Source: Actinomycetes bacterium (GTDB lineage: Bacteria > Actinomycetota > Thermoleophilia > BMS3ABIN01). From it: DNA of 64,000 nucleotides. Shown in pieces: positions 19,613 through 29,367 of the stretch. Every line of letters starts with the position of its first letter. Within the stretch, counting starts at the first letter, position 1. The translations under genes and the position numbers were made by a program. Under the pieces are notes generated by a model. That model was not told the DNA's origin. It did not search any database and saw only the letters and a list, made by a program, of their open reading frames with translations. Location of the stretch: positions 80,245 to 144,244 of the forward strand of contig JAJYXB010000022.1 of assembly GCA_021791195.1 (NCBI GenBank). Direction: 5' to 3'.

Positions 19613-21796
19613 ATGCAAGAAGGAGAGGCCATGACCAAACCTGGTTGCCCCGCACTGTTCGCCGGGTCAGGCCCTCTTCAAAAGGCAGGACTTCCCCGCA
19701 CTTCCAAGGCGTTTCTCAATCCTCCCCGGCTGCGCGAGCCGCTGACGGTGCTGCCCGGCGTCGGCCCGGCCCTGGCCGCCGAGGCGCGCCGCCTCGGACT
19801 TAACAGCCTGGGCGATCTGCTGTTCCACTTCCCTTTCCGGCATGACGATTTCACCAGCCGGCGCCGCATCGGCGAGCTCAAGCCGGGGGAGGAGGCGACA
19901 GTCGAGGCCACGCTGGAACAGATCGCCCTGTCGCGTACGCGGCGGCGCAACCTGCATCTGATCAGGGCGACGGTCCGCGATGATACCGGTTACATGCAGG
20001 CGGTCTGGTTCAATCAGGATTACCTGGCGCGGCTGCTAAAGCCGGGAGACACGCTGCTGCTGCGGGGCGCCTGCGATGGCGCCGGCGGCACCTTCAGGGT
20101 GCGGGGGCACGAGATCCTGGGACGCGGCGAGGCAGGGCTGCACACCACCGGCTTCGTGCCCGTTTATTCCACCACGGAAAAAATTTCGGTTAAAAGACTG
20201 CGCGGCTGGCTGGGGCAGGTGCGCCCTCTGATGGCGCGGCTGGCCGATCCGCTGCCGCCGGCGCTCAGGGCCGGGCTGCGGCTGCCGTTCCGGGCCGATG
20301 CCGTGCTGGCGATGCATTTCCCCGGTTCGGCGGACGCCGGCCGGCAGGCCGAGCGGCGGCTCATCTTCGATGAACTTTTCCTGATGCAGCTGGGTCTGCT
20401 CAGCCTCAGGCAGCGCTTTGCGCAGACGCGCCACAGCCAGGCGCTGGGCCAGGAAGGAGAGCTGACGCGGCGGTTCATCGCCGCGCTGCCGTTCGCCCTG
20501 ACCCGCGGCCAGCTGCGCGCCTGCCGGCAGATATCGCGGGACCTGCAGCGGCCGGCGCCGATGCAGCGGCTGCTGCAGGGGGATGTCGGCGCCGGCAAGA
20601 CCGTGGTGGCCACGTACACGATGCTGCGCGCGGTGGAGGGCGGCAGGCAGGCGGCGCTGATGGCTCCCACCGAGGTGCTGGCCGAGCAGCATTATTTCAG
20701 CCTGGCGCGGATGCTGGCGGGGATGGGCCTGCGGCTGGCTTTCCTTTCCAGCCGGCTCAAGGCCGGTGAGCGCCGGAGCCTGCTGGCGCGGATCGCCGCC
20801 GGCGAAGTCGACATCGCCGTGGGCACGCACGCGCTCATCCAGGAGGATGTCGTCTTCCCCGGCCTGGCGGTCATCGTCGTGGACGAGCAGCACCGCTTCG
20901 GCGTCAGGCAGCGGGAGGAGCTGGCGGTCAAGGCGGGGCGCGGCGGCCTGGTGCCGCACGCGCTGCACATGACGGCGACGCCGATCCCCCGGACGCTAGC
21001 GCTGACGCTCTTCGGCGACCTGGAGACCAGCGTGATCGCATCGCTGCCGGCGGGACGGCGGCGCATCAAGACCTGGCAGGTGCCCGAGTCCAGGCGCGCG
21101 GGCGCCTATGGTTTCATCCGCGAGCAGCTCGACGCCGGCCGCCAGTGCTTTGTCGTCTGCCCCCTGATCGAGGAATCGGAGGCGGTCCAGGCCCGGGCGG
21201 CGGAGGCTGAGGCCGGACGGCTGGCCGCCGGGGAGTTTGCCCGCTACCGGGTCGGCCTGCTGCACGGACAGCTGCCGGCGGCCGCCAAACAGGCGGCGAT
21301 GCAGGCCTTTGCCTCCGGCGAGACCCAGGTGCTGGTGGCGACCACGGTGATCGAGGTCGGCGTGGACGTGCCCAACGCCAGCGTGATGGTGATCGAGGAA
21401 GCCGACCGCTTCGGCCTGGCGCAGCTGCACCAGCTGCGCGGCCGCGTCGGCCGCGGTCCGCACGAGTCTTTCTGCCTGCTCTTTGGCGATCCAAAGACCG
21501 GGCAGGCCGAGCGCCGGCTGGCGGCGATGACCGCGACCGGCGACGGCTTCCGGCTGGCCGACATGGATCTGGAGATCCGGGGCGAGGGTCAGCTTTTCGG
21601 CGAGCGCCAGTCGGGCCTGCCTGACCTGAAGCTGGCGCGGCTGACACGCGATCAGGAGCTCCTGTCGCTGGCGCGGGAAAAAGCGCGGGCGCTGCTGGCC
21701 GGCGATCCGGGAATGGCCCGGCCGGAGCACGCCCTGCTCAGGGACGAGCTGGAACGTGTGTTCGGCGACCAGCTCGAGTGGCTCAGGCGGGTATGA
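19613..21796 (+). CDS. recG: ATP-dependent DNA helicase RecG
   Basis: Wedge domain, Walker [19 protein letters not shown] box, helicase C-terminal motifs. Confidence 0.9.
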   Translation: MQEGEAMTKPGCPALFAGSGPLQKAGLPRTSKAFLNPPRLREPLTVLPGVGPALAAEARRLGLNSLGDLLFHFPFRHDDFTSRRRIGELKPGEEATVEATLEQIALSRTRRRNLHLIRATVRDDTGYMQAVWFNQDYLARLLKPGDTLLLRGACDGAGGTFRVRGHEILGRGEAGLHTTGFVPVYSTTEKISVKRLRGWLGQVRPLMARLADPLPPALRAGLRLPFRADAVLAMHFPGSADAGRQAERRLIFDELFLMQLGLLSLRQRFAQTRHSQALGQEGELTRRFIAALPFALTRGQLRACRQISRDLQRPAPMQRLLQGDVGAGKTVVATYTMLRAVEGGRQAALMAPTEVLAEQHYFSLARMLAGMGLRLAFLSSRLKAGERRSLLARIAAGEVDIAVGTHALIQEDVVFPGLAVIVVDEQHRFGVRQREELAVKAGRGGLVPHALHMTATPIPRTLALTLFGDLETSVIASLPAGRRRIKTWQVPESRRAGAYGFIREQLDAGRQCFVVCPLIEESEAVQARAAEAEAGRLAAGEFARYRVGLLHGQLPAAAKQAAMQAFASGETQVLVATTVIEVGVDVPNASVMVIEEADRFGLAQLHQLRGRVGRGPHESFCLLFGDPKTGQAERRLAAMTATGDGFRLADMDLEIRGEGQLFGERQSGLPDLKLARLTRDQELLSLAREKARALLAGDPGMARPEHALLRDELERVFGDQLEWLRRV

Positions 21797-21856
21797 ACGA
21801 CGGCGGCCCGACAGGCGCCGCTTTCTGGCCGCGGTTTTGACGGGAGACTGAATCAG

Positions 21857-22417
21857 ATGCGGATCATTGCGGGGACAAAAAGGGGCGCTGTTTTCGCGGC
21901 GCCGCCGGGCACCCTCACGCGGCCGACCGCCGACCGCGTGCGCGAGGCTGTCTTCAGCAGCCTGGGCAGTGTCGAAGGCCTGGCTGTCCTGGACCTGTTC
22001 GCCGGCAGCGGCGCGCTGGCGCTGGAGGCTCTCAGCCGCGGCGCCGCCCGGGCGCAGATGGTCGAAAACCGCATCGGGGCGGTGCGGACAATCGCCAGGA
22101 ATATCACAAAACTGGGATTTGAAAACGCGGTTTTCAGCCGCCGCGATTACCTCGCTTTCCTGAAAGATGCAGCCAAAAAGCAGCTCCGCTTCGATTTGAT
22201 TTTTGTTGACCCGCCCTATAGAATGCACCGCGCCGCCGGACCGGAGCTGAAGCGCTGGCTGCCGGCGGTCTTGGCGCCGGGTGGCCGGGTCGTGATAGAG
22301 TTTGATGTCCGTCAGGATGTGGACCTGCCATTTACGCTCTTAGCTGATAAGCTATATGGCGACATCAGGATCCGCATCTACCGGGCAGAAGAGCAGGGTT
22401 CCCAAGATAATCAGTGA
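21857..22417 (+). CDS. rsmD: 16S rRNA (guanine966-N2)-methyltransferase
   Basis: MRIIAGTKRG...RPTADRVREAVF...DLFAGSGALALEALSRGA...FVDPPY. Confidence 0.85.
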   Translation: MRIIAGTKRGAVFAAPPGTLTRPTADRVREAVFSSLGSVEGLAVLDLFAGSGALALEALSRGAARAQMVENRIGAVRTIARNITKLGFENAVFSRRDYLAFLKDAAKKQLRFDLIFVDPPYRMHRAAGPELKRWLPAVLAPGGRVVIEFDVRQDVDLPFTLLADKLYGDIRIRIYRAEEQGSQDNQ

Positions 22418-22902
22418 CAGATTTTTCCAACACGATCGCGGTCTGCCCCGGAACTTATGATCCGGTGACCGAAGGGCATCTGGACATCATCCGCCGCTCC
22501 GCGCGCCTGTTCGGAAAGGTCGTGGTCGGCGTGGTGAAGGCGTCTCCGCGCAAGGAAACCCTTTTCAGCACCGAGGACCGGGTCGAGTTCCTGCGGCAAT
22601 CCCTGGGCGAGGAGATCCCGGTGGATGCCTTCGACACGCTGCTGGTGGATTTTGCCCGCAAGTGGCACGCCCGGGCGCTGGTGAAGGGCCTGCGGGCGAT
22701 CTCTGACTTCGAATACGAATTCCAGATGGCGCAGCTGAACAGGAAACTGGCGCCTGACATAGAAACTGTTTATCTGATGGCGTCCCCGGAGTACAGCTTC
22801 CTGAGCTCCAGCGGCGTCAAGGAGATAGCAAAATATGGCGGCAACGTCGACGACCTGGTGCCCGCAGTGGTGGCTGGCCGTCTCGCCGCGTTTTTCCAGT
22901 AA
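22414..22902 (+). CDS. coaD: phosphopantetheine adenylyltransferase
   Basis: AVCPGTYDPVTEGHLDII (T/HxGH); 4-nt overlap with rsmD. Confidence 0.9.
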   Translation: MTDFSNTIAVCPGTYDPVTEGHLDIIRRSARLFGKVVVGVVKASPRKETLFSTEDRVEFLRQSLGEEIPVDAFDTLLVDFARKWHARALVKGLRAISDFEYEFQMAQLNRKLAPDIETVYLMASPEYSFLSSSGVKEIAKYGGNVDDLVPAVVAGRLAAFFQ

Positions 22903-22923
22903 ACCTGGAACCTTGGAGGAAAA

Positions 22924-23403
22924 GTGGACGTACTGGTATTAATTGACAAGCTTGACGAGATAGTAAACAACGCCCGGCCGATGCCGATGACCGACAAGGT
23001 GATGATCGAGCGCGAGGAGATCTACGACATTCTCGACCAGATGCGGACCACCATCCCCGAGGAGATCAAGCAGGCGCGCTGGATCGTCAAGGAGCGCCAG
23101 GAGATGCTGGCCGAAGCCAAGGCCGAGAGCGACCGCATCGTCAAGGAGGCCAACGACCAGGCCGAGCGGCTTACCTCCGAGCAGGAAGTCGTGAAGATGG
23201 CCGAGCGCAACGCCGCCCAGATCATGGAGGACGCCCGCGCCCGCGAGCGTGAGATCCGCCTCGGCGCCGAGGATTATGCCGACGAGGTTCTGGAAACACT
23301 TGAAGTGAATCTGGAAAAATTCCTGGCGGCGGTCCGGCGCGGCCGCGAGCGGCTTCAGGGCAAGACCGGCGAGGAAAGCGAAGAGGCGGCGGTAGAGGAA
23401 TAA
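22924..23403 (+). CDS. hypothetical coiled-coil protein (ATPase-subunit-like)
   Basis: 159 aa, highly charged E/R/K-rich helical sequence between coaD and yceD. Confidence 0.4.
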   Translation: MDVLVLIDKLDEIVNNARPMPMTDKVMIEREEIYDILDQMRTTIPEEIKQARWIVKERQEMLAEAKAESDRIVKEANDQAERLTSEQEVVKMAERNAAQIMEDARAREREIRLGAEDYADEVLETLEVNLEKFLAAVRRGRERLQGKTGEESEEAAVEE

Positions 23404-23491
23404 CCGCGGTGCCTTCCGGCCTCCCGGCCGGACTCGTCATCCACTCGTGAACGTGGCCGGCAGCCCGCCGGCTGAGATCCTGGAGCCCGTC

Positions 23492-24031
23492 ATGCCCAAG
23501 CAAACCCCCACCAGCTTCGATCTGGCCGCGCAACCGCTCGTACTGGGTGTTTCGCGCACTTTCGAACTGAACCTCTATCTACCGCCGCTGCATCTGGCGG
23601 GGCAGGATTACGGCTTTGTACCCGACGTCGTAGCGGCGCGGCTGACCGTCGCGTACGTCGGCGAGGGATACACGGCGAAACTGGAGTTCTCCTGCCGGCT
23701 GGAAGGCGCCTGCTGGCGCTGCCTGGAGCCGGCCGATCTCGACCTGGACGTCAGCGCCGATGACTACTTCGAGACGGAGCTGCCGCCGGTGGAGGAGATC
23801 GGCGACGAGGAAGAAGCGTCGCTCTGGTTCATGGAAGACGGCACGCTGAACCTGTCGGAATGGGCCCGCAGCGCCATCGCCGAACTGCTGCCGCCGCAGA
23901 TATTGTGCCAGGAGGACTGCAAGGGGCTCTGCCCGCAGTGCGGCACAAACCTCAATGCCGGGCAGTGCGACTGCGAACCTCCGGCGGATGAGCGCTGGGG
24001 GAAACTGAGGGAGTGGAAGGCGGCGGATTAG
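23492..24031 (+). CDS. yceD: DUF177 / YceD-family protein (23S rRNA accumulation protein)
   Basis: C-terminal CQEDCKGLCPQCGTNLNAGQCDCE metal-binding motif; directly upstream of rpmF; the ATG at 23492 is preferred over the GTG at 23447. Confidence 0.8.
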   Translation: MPKQTPTSFDLAAQPLVLGVSRTFELNLYLPPLHLAGQDYGFVPDVVAARLTVAYVGEGYTAKLEFSCRLEGACWRCLEPADLDLDVSADDYFETELPPVEEIGDEEEASLWFMEDGTLNLSEWARSAIAELLPPQILCQEDCKGLCPQCGTNLNAGQCDCEPPADERWGKLREWKAAD

Positions 24032-24181
24032 GCAGGGAAGGAAGGCCCTGGCCCCTGCGGGTTCAAACGGCGGCCGGAGGCCACCGGCGAGGGCGCCGTT
24101 TTAGAAAAATCCGCTGCGGCTTTCCAGTTCGGGGGATAATCTGTTATCCTACATCCTTGGCAAGGAAAGGAAGCTTGAGAA

Positions 24182-24361
24182 ATGGCCGTACCGAAACGAA
24201 AAACTTCACAGGCGCGCAGGGACAAGCGGCGGGCGCACGACGCGCTCAGCGAACCGTCCGTGAACGTCTGCCCGCAGTGCCATAGCCCCAAGCGGCCCCA
24301 CCGCGTCTGCCCCACCTGCGGCACCTACAAGGGCCGCGAAGTCATCTCGTTCGAAGACTGA
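24182..24361 (+). CDS. rpmF: 50S ribosomal protein L32 (59 aa; absent from the supplied ORF track, below its size cutoff)
   Basis: [22 protein letters not shown]...[22 protein letters not shown]; SD AAGGAAG upstream. Confidence 0.85.
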   Translation: MAVPKRKTSQARRDKRRAHDALSEPSVNVCPQCHSPKRPHRVCPTCGTYKGREVISFED

Positions 24362-24392
24362 CCGGTTCCCGGTTACAATCTGAAGGATTCCC

Positions 24393-24418
24393 AAACCGCC
24401 TGCCGGCGGTTTTTTTAT
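24393..24418 (+). terminator. Rho-independent terminator after rpmF
   Basis: ACCGCC-TGCC-GGCGGT hairpin followed by TTTTTTT. Confidence 0.6.
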
Positions 24419-24991
24419 TCCCCGGCCTGTCACATACTGGCAACCGCCGGCAATCGGGTTAAGCGCTATTACGGTTGGCGTCATCCCTAGATATGTCGCC
24501 AGTTACGGCTACTGGCATGCGGGGCGAAAGAAATCTGAAAGCGGACGGCTTTGACAAAAAAGTCCGGAGACGCCGCAATGACGTCTCCGGACATTGTGCA
24601 AATTCGCTCCGGCGTCCACCTGTGGAGGGCGGGATGCACAGTTAGAGGGCATTGTACGATGCATGCCGTTGACCTGTGTTGGTCTCTCCTACCCGCTAGA
24701 GCAAATTATTGTGGAACGCAAAACACGCGAGCCGCTTTGCATCCCATGCCTGTCTTGACCGGAAGACGGCGCTGCTTGACAGCCGGCGGACAGGCGAAAC
24801 CACGTCTTTAATCATACTATTTGAGGTGCATTTGAACAATGAATATCCGGCATGCTAAAGTACAGGATCGCTGAACCGACATATAAGCCGCGCTTCTGCA
24901 TCCGCGGCCGCGATAACGCCAACGGGATGGGGCCGGGAAAGGGTTTCCGGCGCCGTTCGCAGAATATCTGATCAACCCGTATCCGAGGCCC

Positions 24992-25177
24992 ATGCGCTTA
25001 AGCAAGCAAAAATCCGCGACACACCGCTACCCCTGCCACTGCTGCCACAAGCCGGCCGCTATCGTCTGGCACGACAAGCGCCGGTGCTTCATCTGCGAGA
25101 ACTGCCTGAAGACCTTCGACATCGCCATCATCGCCAGCCGCAACGGCCTGGCGGTGGAGCAACTGACGCTCTGCTGA
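24992..25177 (+). CDS. small Cys-rich (zinc-ribbon-like) hypothetical protein
   Basis: 61 aa, CHCCH...CFICENC; weak SD spacing; sole ORF in a ~1 kb lower-GC noncoding stretch. Confidence 0.3.
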   Translation: MRLSKQKSATHRYPCHCCHKPAAIVWHDKRRCFICENCLKTFDIAIIASRNGLAVEQLTLC

Positions 25178-25422
25178 CGGTTTCCGAGCCTGTGGCGGCG
25201 CTGATTTCAGGAATTTAATCGCGCCCGCTCGAGTTTTTACCGGGCTGCTCAGGAAAGTTTACAGGAACGCTCCCACGCCTCGTTCCGGCGGGCGGGTTTC
25301 GTTTCCACCCTTCCAGAAGATATTATTCCCAGTGTGAAATTCCGGTCCGCCTGCCGCCGGCTGCTTGCCTGCCGCGCGGCCATGGTGGCCGCAATCCCGT
25401 CCACGGCTAACGGAGGTTTCTG

Positions 25423-26469
25423 ATGGCAAAGAAAGTTGCGATACTCACCGGCGGTGGCGACTGCCCGGGCCTGAACGCGGTCATCCGCGCGGCGACGCTG
25501 AAGCTGGTCAGGGCCGGCTACGAGATGGTCGGCGTGCGGCATGGCTGGCGCGGCCTGCTGGAGAATGAATACATGCCGCTGGACATCGAGTCCACCGCTG
25601 ACATCCTCCCGAAGGGCGGCACCATCCTGCGCACATCGCGCACCAACCCGATGAAGCAGGAAGGCGGCGTCGAGCTTATCATTGATAATTTGCAGAAAAA
25701 TGACATCTGGGCGACGATCGCCATCGGCGGCGACGACACCCTCGGCGTGGCCAACAAGCTGCACGCCGAACATTCGCTGAACATGGTGGGCGTGCCCAAG
25801 ACGATCGACAACGACCTCTCCGGCACCGACTATACCTTCGGCTTCGACACGGCGGTGCAGATCGCCACCGATTGCATCGACCGCCTCAACACCACCGCCG
25901 AGTCCCACGACCGCGCGATCGTGGTCGAGATCATGGGGCGGCATACCGGCTGGATCACGGTGATGGCCGGCATCGCCGGCGGCGCAGACGTTGTCATGCT
26001 GCCGGAGTTTGATATTTCCGTCACCGAGGTCTGCGACATCCTCAAGCGCCAGCGCGCGGGCGGCAAGAACTTCAACATCGTCGCCGTCAGCGAGGGCGCC
26101 AAGCTGGTGACCCGGGAGGGCGAGGAGAAAATGGTGGTGCAGTCCGACGAAGTCGATGCTTTCGGCAACGTCAAGCTGGGCGGCGTCGCCGAGCTGCTGG
26201 CCAAGGAGATCGAGCGCCGCACCGGCTTCGAGACGCGCGCGACCGTGCTGGGCCATATCCAGCGCGGCGGCACGCCCACGGCGCGTGACCGCATCCTGGC
26301 TACGCGCTATGGCGCCAGGGCAGCGGACATGGTCATCGCCGGGGACTGGGGCAACATGGCGGCGCTGCAGGGCGACGAGATCGTACCGGTGCCGCTCTCG
26401 GTGGCCGTCGGCGAGCGCAAGCTGGTGCGGCCGGAGTACTGGGACCTGGCGCGCACGTTCTTCGCCTGA
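25423..26469 (+). CDS. pfkA: 6-phosphofructokinase (ATP- or PPi-dependent)
   Basis: MAKKVAILTGGGDCPGLNAV...GGDDTLGVANKL...MGRHTGW motifs. Confidence 0.9.
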   Translation: MAKKVAILTGGGDCPGLNAVIRAATLKLVRAGYEMVGVRHGWRGLLENEYMPLDIESTADILPKGGTILRTSRTNPMKQEGGVELIIDNLQKNDIWATIAIGGDDTLGVANKLHAEHSLNMVGVPKTIDNDLSGTDYTFGFDTAVQIATDCIDRLNTTAESHDRAIVVEIMGRHTGWITVMAGIAGGADVVMLPEFDISVTEVCDILKRQRAGGKNFNIVAVSEGAKLVTREGEEKMVVQSDEVDAFGNVKLGGVAELLAKEIERRTGFETRATVLGHIQRGGTPTARDRILATRYGARAADMVIAGDWGNMAALQGDEIVPVPLSVAVGERKLVRPEYWDLARTFFA

Positions 26470-26474
26470 AACTT

Positions 26475-26646
26475 GGGGACGTTCCTTAACTTATTAAACT
26501 TGTCAGGGTCGCCGAAAGCTAACAGGCGATTGCGCGGAAATCGGGAATATGGATGGAGCAGGCAATCGCGCCCCCGGACGGAGAAGGGAAACCGCGGCTC
26601 TCCTGCAGAGTAACGGAAAAAGTTAAATAAGTTAAGGAACGTCCCC
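26475..26646 (+). promoter_or_regulatory. structured 5' leader: perfect 21-bp inverted repeat (GGGGACGTTCCTTAACTTATT / AATAAGTTAAGGAACGTCCCC) closing a 130-nt segment; the right arm contains the SD and abuts the ATG at 26647
   Basis: Direct sequence inspection; internal GCGATTG/CAATCGC sub-stem; left arm starts 6 nt after the pfkA stop. Confidence 0.5.
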
Positions 26647-29310
26647 ATGAACATTGCCGAGGTCATAGTCGCGCACGCGAACACCGACTTCGACGGCTTT
26701 GCCGCATCGGTGGCGGCCGGCCGGCTGTATCCCGAGGCCCGCATCTGCTTCCCGGGCTCGCTTAACCGCAACGTGCGCGAGTTCTACAATCTGCACGCGG
26801 ACGAGATCGACACCGCCGACGTCTCCATGGTCGACCTGAAGCGCTTGCGCCGGCTGATCATCGTTGACACGATCCACTGCAACCGCCTGGGTGAGTTCGA
26901 GCGCGTCTGCGGCCGCGCGGACGTAGAGGTGATCGTCTTCGATCATCACCGCCTGGGCGCTGTTTCCGAGCGCCCCGATTTCGTCTCCGAAGAAAACTAT
27001 GTCCTCTCCGAGGACGGCTCGCTGGTCACCACCATGCTGAAGATCATCCATGACCGCAAGCTGGAGGTCTCGCCGCTGGAAGCGACCATCTTCGCGCTCG
27101 GCATCCACGAGGACACCGGCTCGCTGACCTATCCGACCACGACCGCGCGCGACGCCGAGGCGCTGGCGCTGTGCATGCGCCTGGGCGCCAGCCAGGCGAT
27201 GATCGTCAAGTATCTGCACAATCCTTTAAGTCCGGAGCAGCGGGAGCTGCTGCTGAAGCTGGTGGACGAGCTGGAGCCGGTGCCGGACGGCGATGTCGAG
27301 GTCTACCTGGCGGCGGTCCACAATCCGGTCTATGTAGAGGGACTCAGTGTCGTGGCGCACAAGATGCTGGACGTCACCGACTGCCAGGCGCTGCTGGTGG
27401 CGGTGGAGATGGAAGACCGTATCTTTATCGTCGGCCGCAGCAAGAGCCGCCTGCTGGATGTCGCCAAGGTGCTGGCCAGCGTCGGCGGCGGCGGCCACAG
27501 CCAGGCAGCCTCGGCAATCGTCAAGGGCCGGAGCCTGGAGCAGGTTCGCCAGACGCTGCTGGCTGCCGTCCCCGGGGTGGTCGAGGAGCCGCTGCGGGCG
27601 CGGGACATCATGTCCCAGCCGGTGCACTTCATCGACGTCCAGACCCCGATCAGGGAGGCTCTGCTGTTCTGCCAGCGCTACGGCCACAGCGGCGTCTCCA
27701 TCAGCGAGGGCGGGCGCCTGGCCGGCGTGGTGGCGCGCAAGGATCTGGACAAGGCGATGGCGCACAAGCTGGGCCATGCGCCGGTCAAGGGGATCATGTC
27801 GCGCGGCGTGGTGACGGTGGCCGAGGATGCGCCTGTGCACGAGATGCGCCGGCTGATGTCCACCAGCACCATCGGCCGCATTCCGGTGGTGCGCCGGGGG
27901 GCGGCAGGGGGTGAAATCCCGGTGGAGGATGTCGTTGGCATCGTCACCCGTACGGACATACTCCGGTCGCTGCACGGGATGGAGGCCGAAGAAACCGTTG
28001 CCGAAGTGCTGCGCACCGAGGTCAATTTCCGCGAGCGGTTGCAGGCGCGCGCCGGGCTGGCGCCGCTGCTAGGGGCCGTCCAGCGCCTGGGCGGCGATTA
28101 CCGCGGCGTGTACCTGGTGGGCGGTTTCGTGCGCGACCTGATCCTGGGGGAACCCAACTATGATGTTGACATCGCGGTGGAAGGTGATGGAATCGAGTTC
28201 GGCCGGCGGCTGGCGGCTGAGCTGGGCGGACGCGTGCGCGCCCATAGCAAGTTCAACACCGCCGTGGTCGTTGTCGAACACGCCGAGCCGCGCCTCCGGG
28301 TGGACGTCGCCACCGCGCGCACCGAATTCTACGATTACCCGGCGGCGCTGCCGACGGTGGAGCATTCCTCCATCAAGCGCGACCTCTACCGCCGCGATTT
28401 CACCATCAACGCCATGGCGGTATCGCTGACCGCGCACGATTTCGGCAAGCTGCTGGATTTCTTCGGCGGGCTCAGGGATCTGGAGGACCGGGTCATCCGC
28501 GTGCTGCACAACCTCAGCTTCATCGAAGACCCGACCCGCATCTTCCGCGCCATCCGTTACGAGAACCGCCTTGGCTTCCGGATGAACCCGCACACGCTGG
28601 GGCTCGCCCGCGGCTGCGTGGAGATGAATCTGGTGGGAGATCTCTCCTCGGCGCGGCTGCGTGACGAGCTCATCTGGTTGTTCTCCGAGCCGGAAGTGGC
28701 GCATACTGTTCTTAGGATCGGTGAGCTGGGCCTGGCGCCCTCGATCCATCCCGCACTGGCCGCTGACGCGGAGACCGCCGCCCTGGTGAAACGCGCCGAT
28801 GAGGCGGTTCGACGCTTCCGGATGCAGGACGAGATCAAGCTCTGGCGTCTACGCCTGGCCTGCCTGGCACGCAAGCTGGACGCCGGCCAGCTGGAGCTGT
28901 GGACGCAGCGTCTCAAACTCCGGCGCACGGACGCCGAGCGGGTCACCACCGGCGTTGTGCTGGCGCGCCAGGCCGCGGTGCGGCTGGCGGCCAGAGCCGG
29001 GGCTTCCCGCGCCGATATCCATGACATGCTCAAGCGGCTGCCGGGAGAGGCGCTGCTGCTGGCATTCGCCGCGGCGGCGGACGGGCGCGCGCGCGATGCT
29101 CTGGAGCTTTACCTGACGGAGCTGCGCCATATCCGGCTGTCGGTCGACGGCTCTGACCTGATCGCGGCGGGGCTGAAGCAGTCGCCGCAGCTGGGCCAGG
29201 TGCTTGCGGAGCTTAAGCGGCTGCGGATCGAAGGCCGGATCGCTGGCCGTGAGCAGGAGCTGGAGGCCGCCCGCAAACTGGCGACCCGGCTGGCCGCGCA
29301 GGAAAAATAG
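26647..29310 (+). CDS. DHH-DHHA1 phosphoesterase / tandem CBS / CCA-adding (polyA polymerase head) nucleotidyltransferase fusion protein
   Basis: DHH motif FDHHRL; DHHA1 GGGGHSQAAS; two CBS repeats; GGFVRDLILG...DVDIAV nucleotidyltransferase motif plus RNA-binding tail. Confidence 0.8.
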   Translation: MNIAEVIVAHANTDFDGFAASVAAGRLYPEARICFPGSLNRNVREFYNLHADEIDTADVSMVDLKRLRRLIIVDTIHCNRLGEFERVCGRADVEVIVFDHHRLGAVSERPDFVSEENYVLSEDGSLVTTMLKIIHDRKLEVSPLEATIFALGIHEDTGSLTYPTTTARDAEALALCMRLGASQAMIVKYLHNPLSPEQRELLLKLVDELEPVPDGDVEVYLAAVHNPVYVEGLSVVAHKMLDVTDCQALLVAVEMEDRIFIVGRSKSRLLDVAKVLASVGGGGHSQAASAIVKGRSLEQVRQTLLAAVPGVVEEPLRARDIMSQPVHFIDVQTPIREALLFCQRYGHSGVSISEGGRLAGVVARKDLDKAMAHKLGHAPVKGIMSRGVVTVAEDAPVHEMRRLMSTSTIGRIPVVRRGAAGGEIPVEDVVGIVTRTDILRSLHGMEAEETVAEVLRTEVNFRERLQARAGLAPLLGAVQRLGGDYRGVYLVGGFVRDLILGEPNYDVDIAVEGDGIEFGRRLAAELGGRVRAHSKFNTAVVVVEHAEPRLRVDVATARTEFYDYPAALPTVEHSSIKRDLYRRDFTINAMAVSLTAHDFGKLLDFFGGLRDLEDRVIRVLHNLSFIEDPTRIFRAIRYENRLGFRMNPHTLGLARGCVEMNLVGDLSSARLRDELIWLFSEPEVAHTVLRIGELGLAPSIHPALAADAETAALVKRADEAVRRFRMQDEIKLWRLRLACLARKLDAGQLELWTQRLKLRRTDAERVTTGVVLARQAAVRLAARAGASRADIHDMLKRLPGEALLLAFAAAADGRARDALELYLTELRHIRLSVDGSDLIAAGLKQSPQLGQVLAELKRLRIEGRIAGREQELEAARKLATRLAAQEK

Positions 29311-29367
29311 GAAAAATAATAATCATGGCCTGACGCAGGCCAGTACACGCAAGGCAGGATAGTTTGA

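Noticed and set aside
20036-22228. Two long minus-strand ORFs (310 and 410 aa) opposite recG and rsmD
   Set aside because: Shadow ORFs; recG and rsmD have clear motifs on the plus strand.
25249-26256. 335-aa minus-strand ORF opposite pfkA
   Set aside because: Antisense to the clear 6-phosphofructokinase gene.
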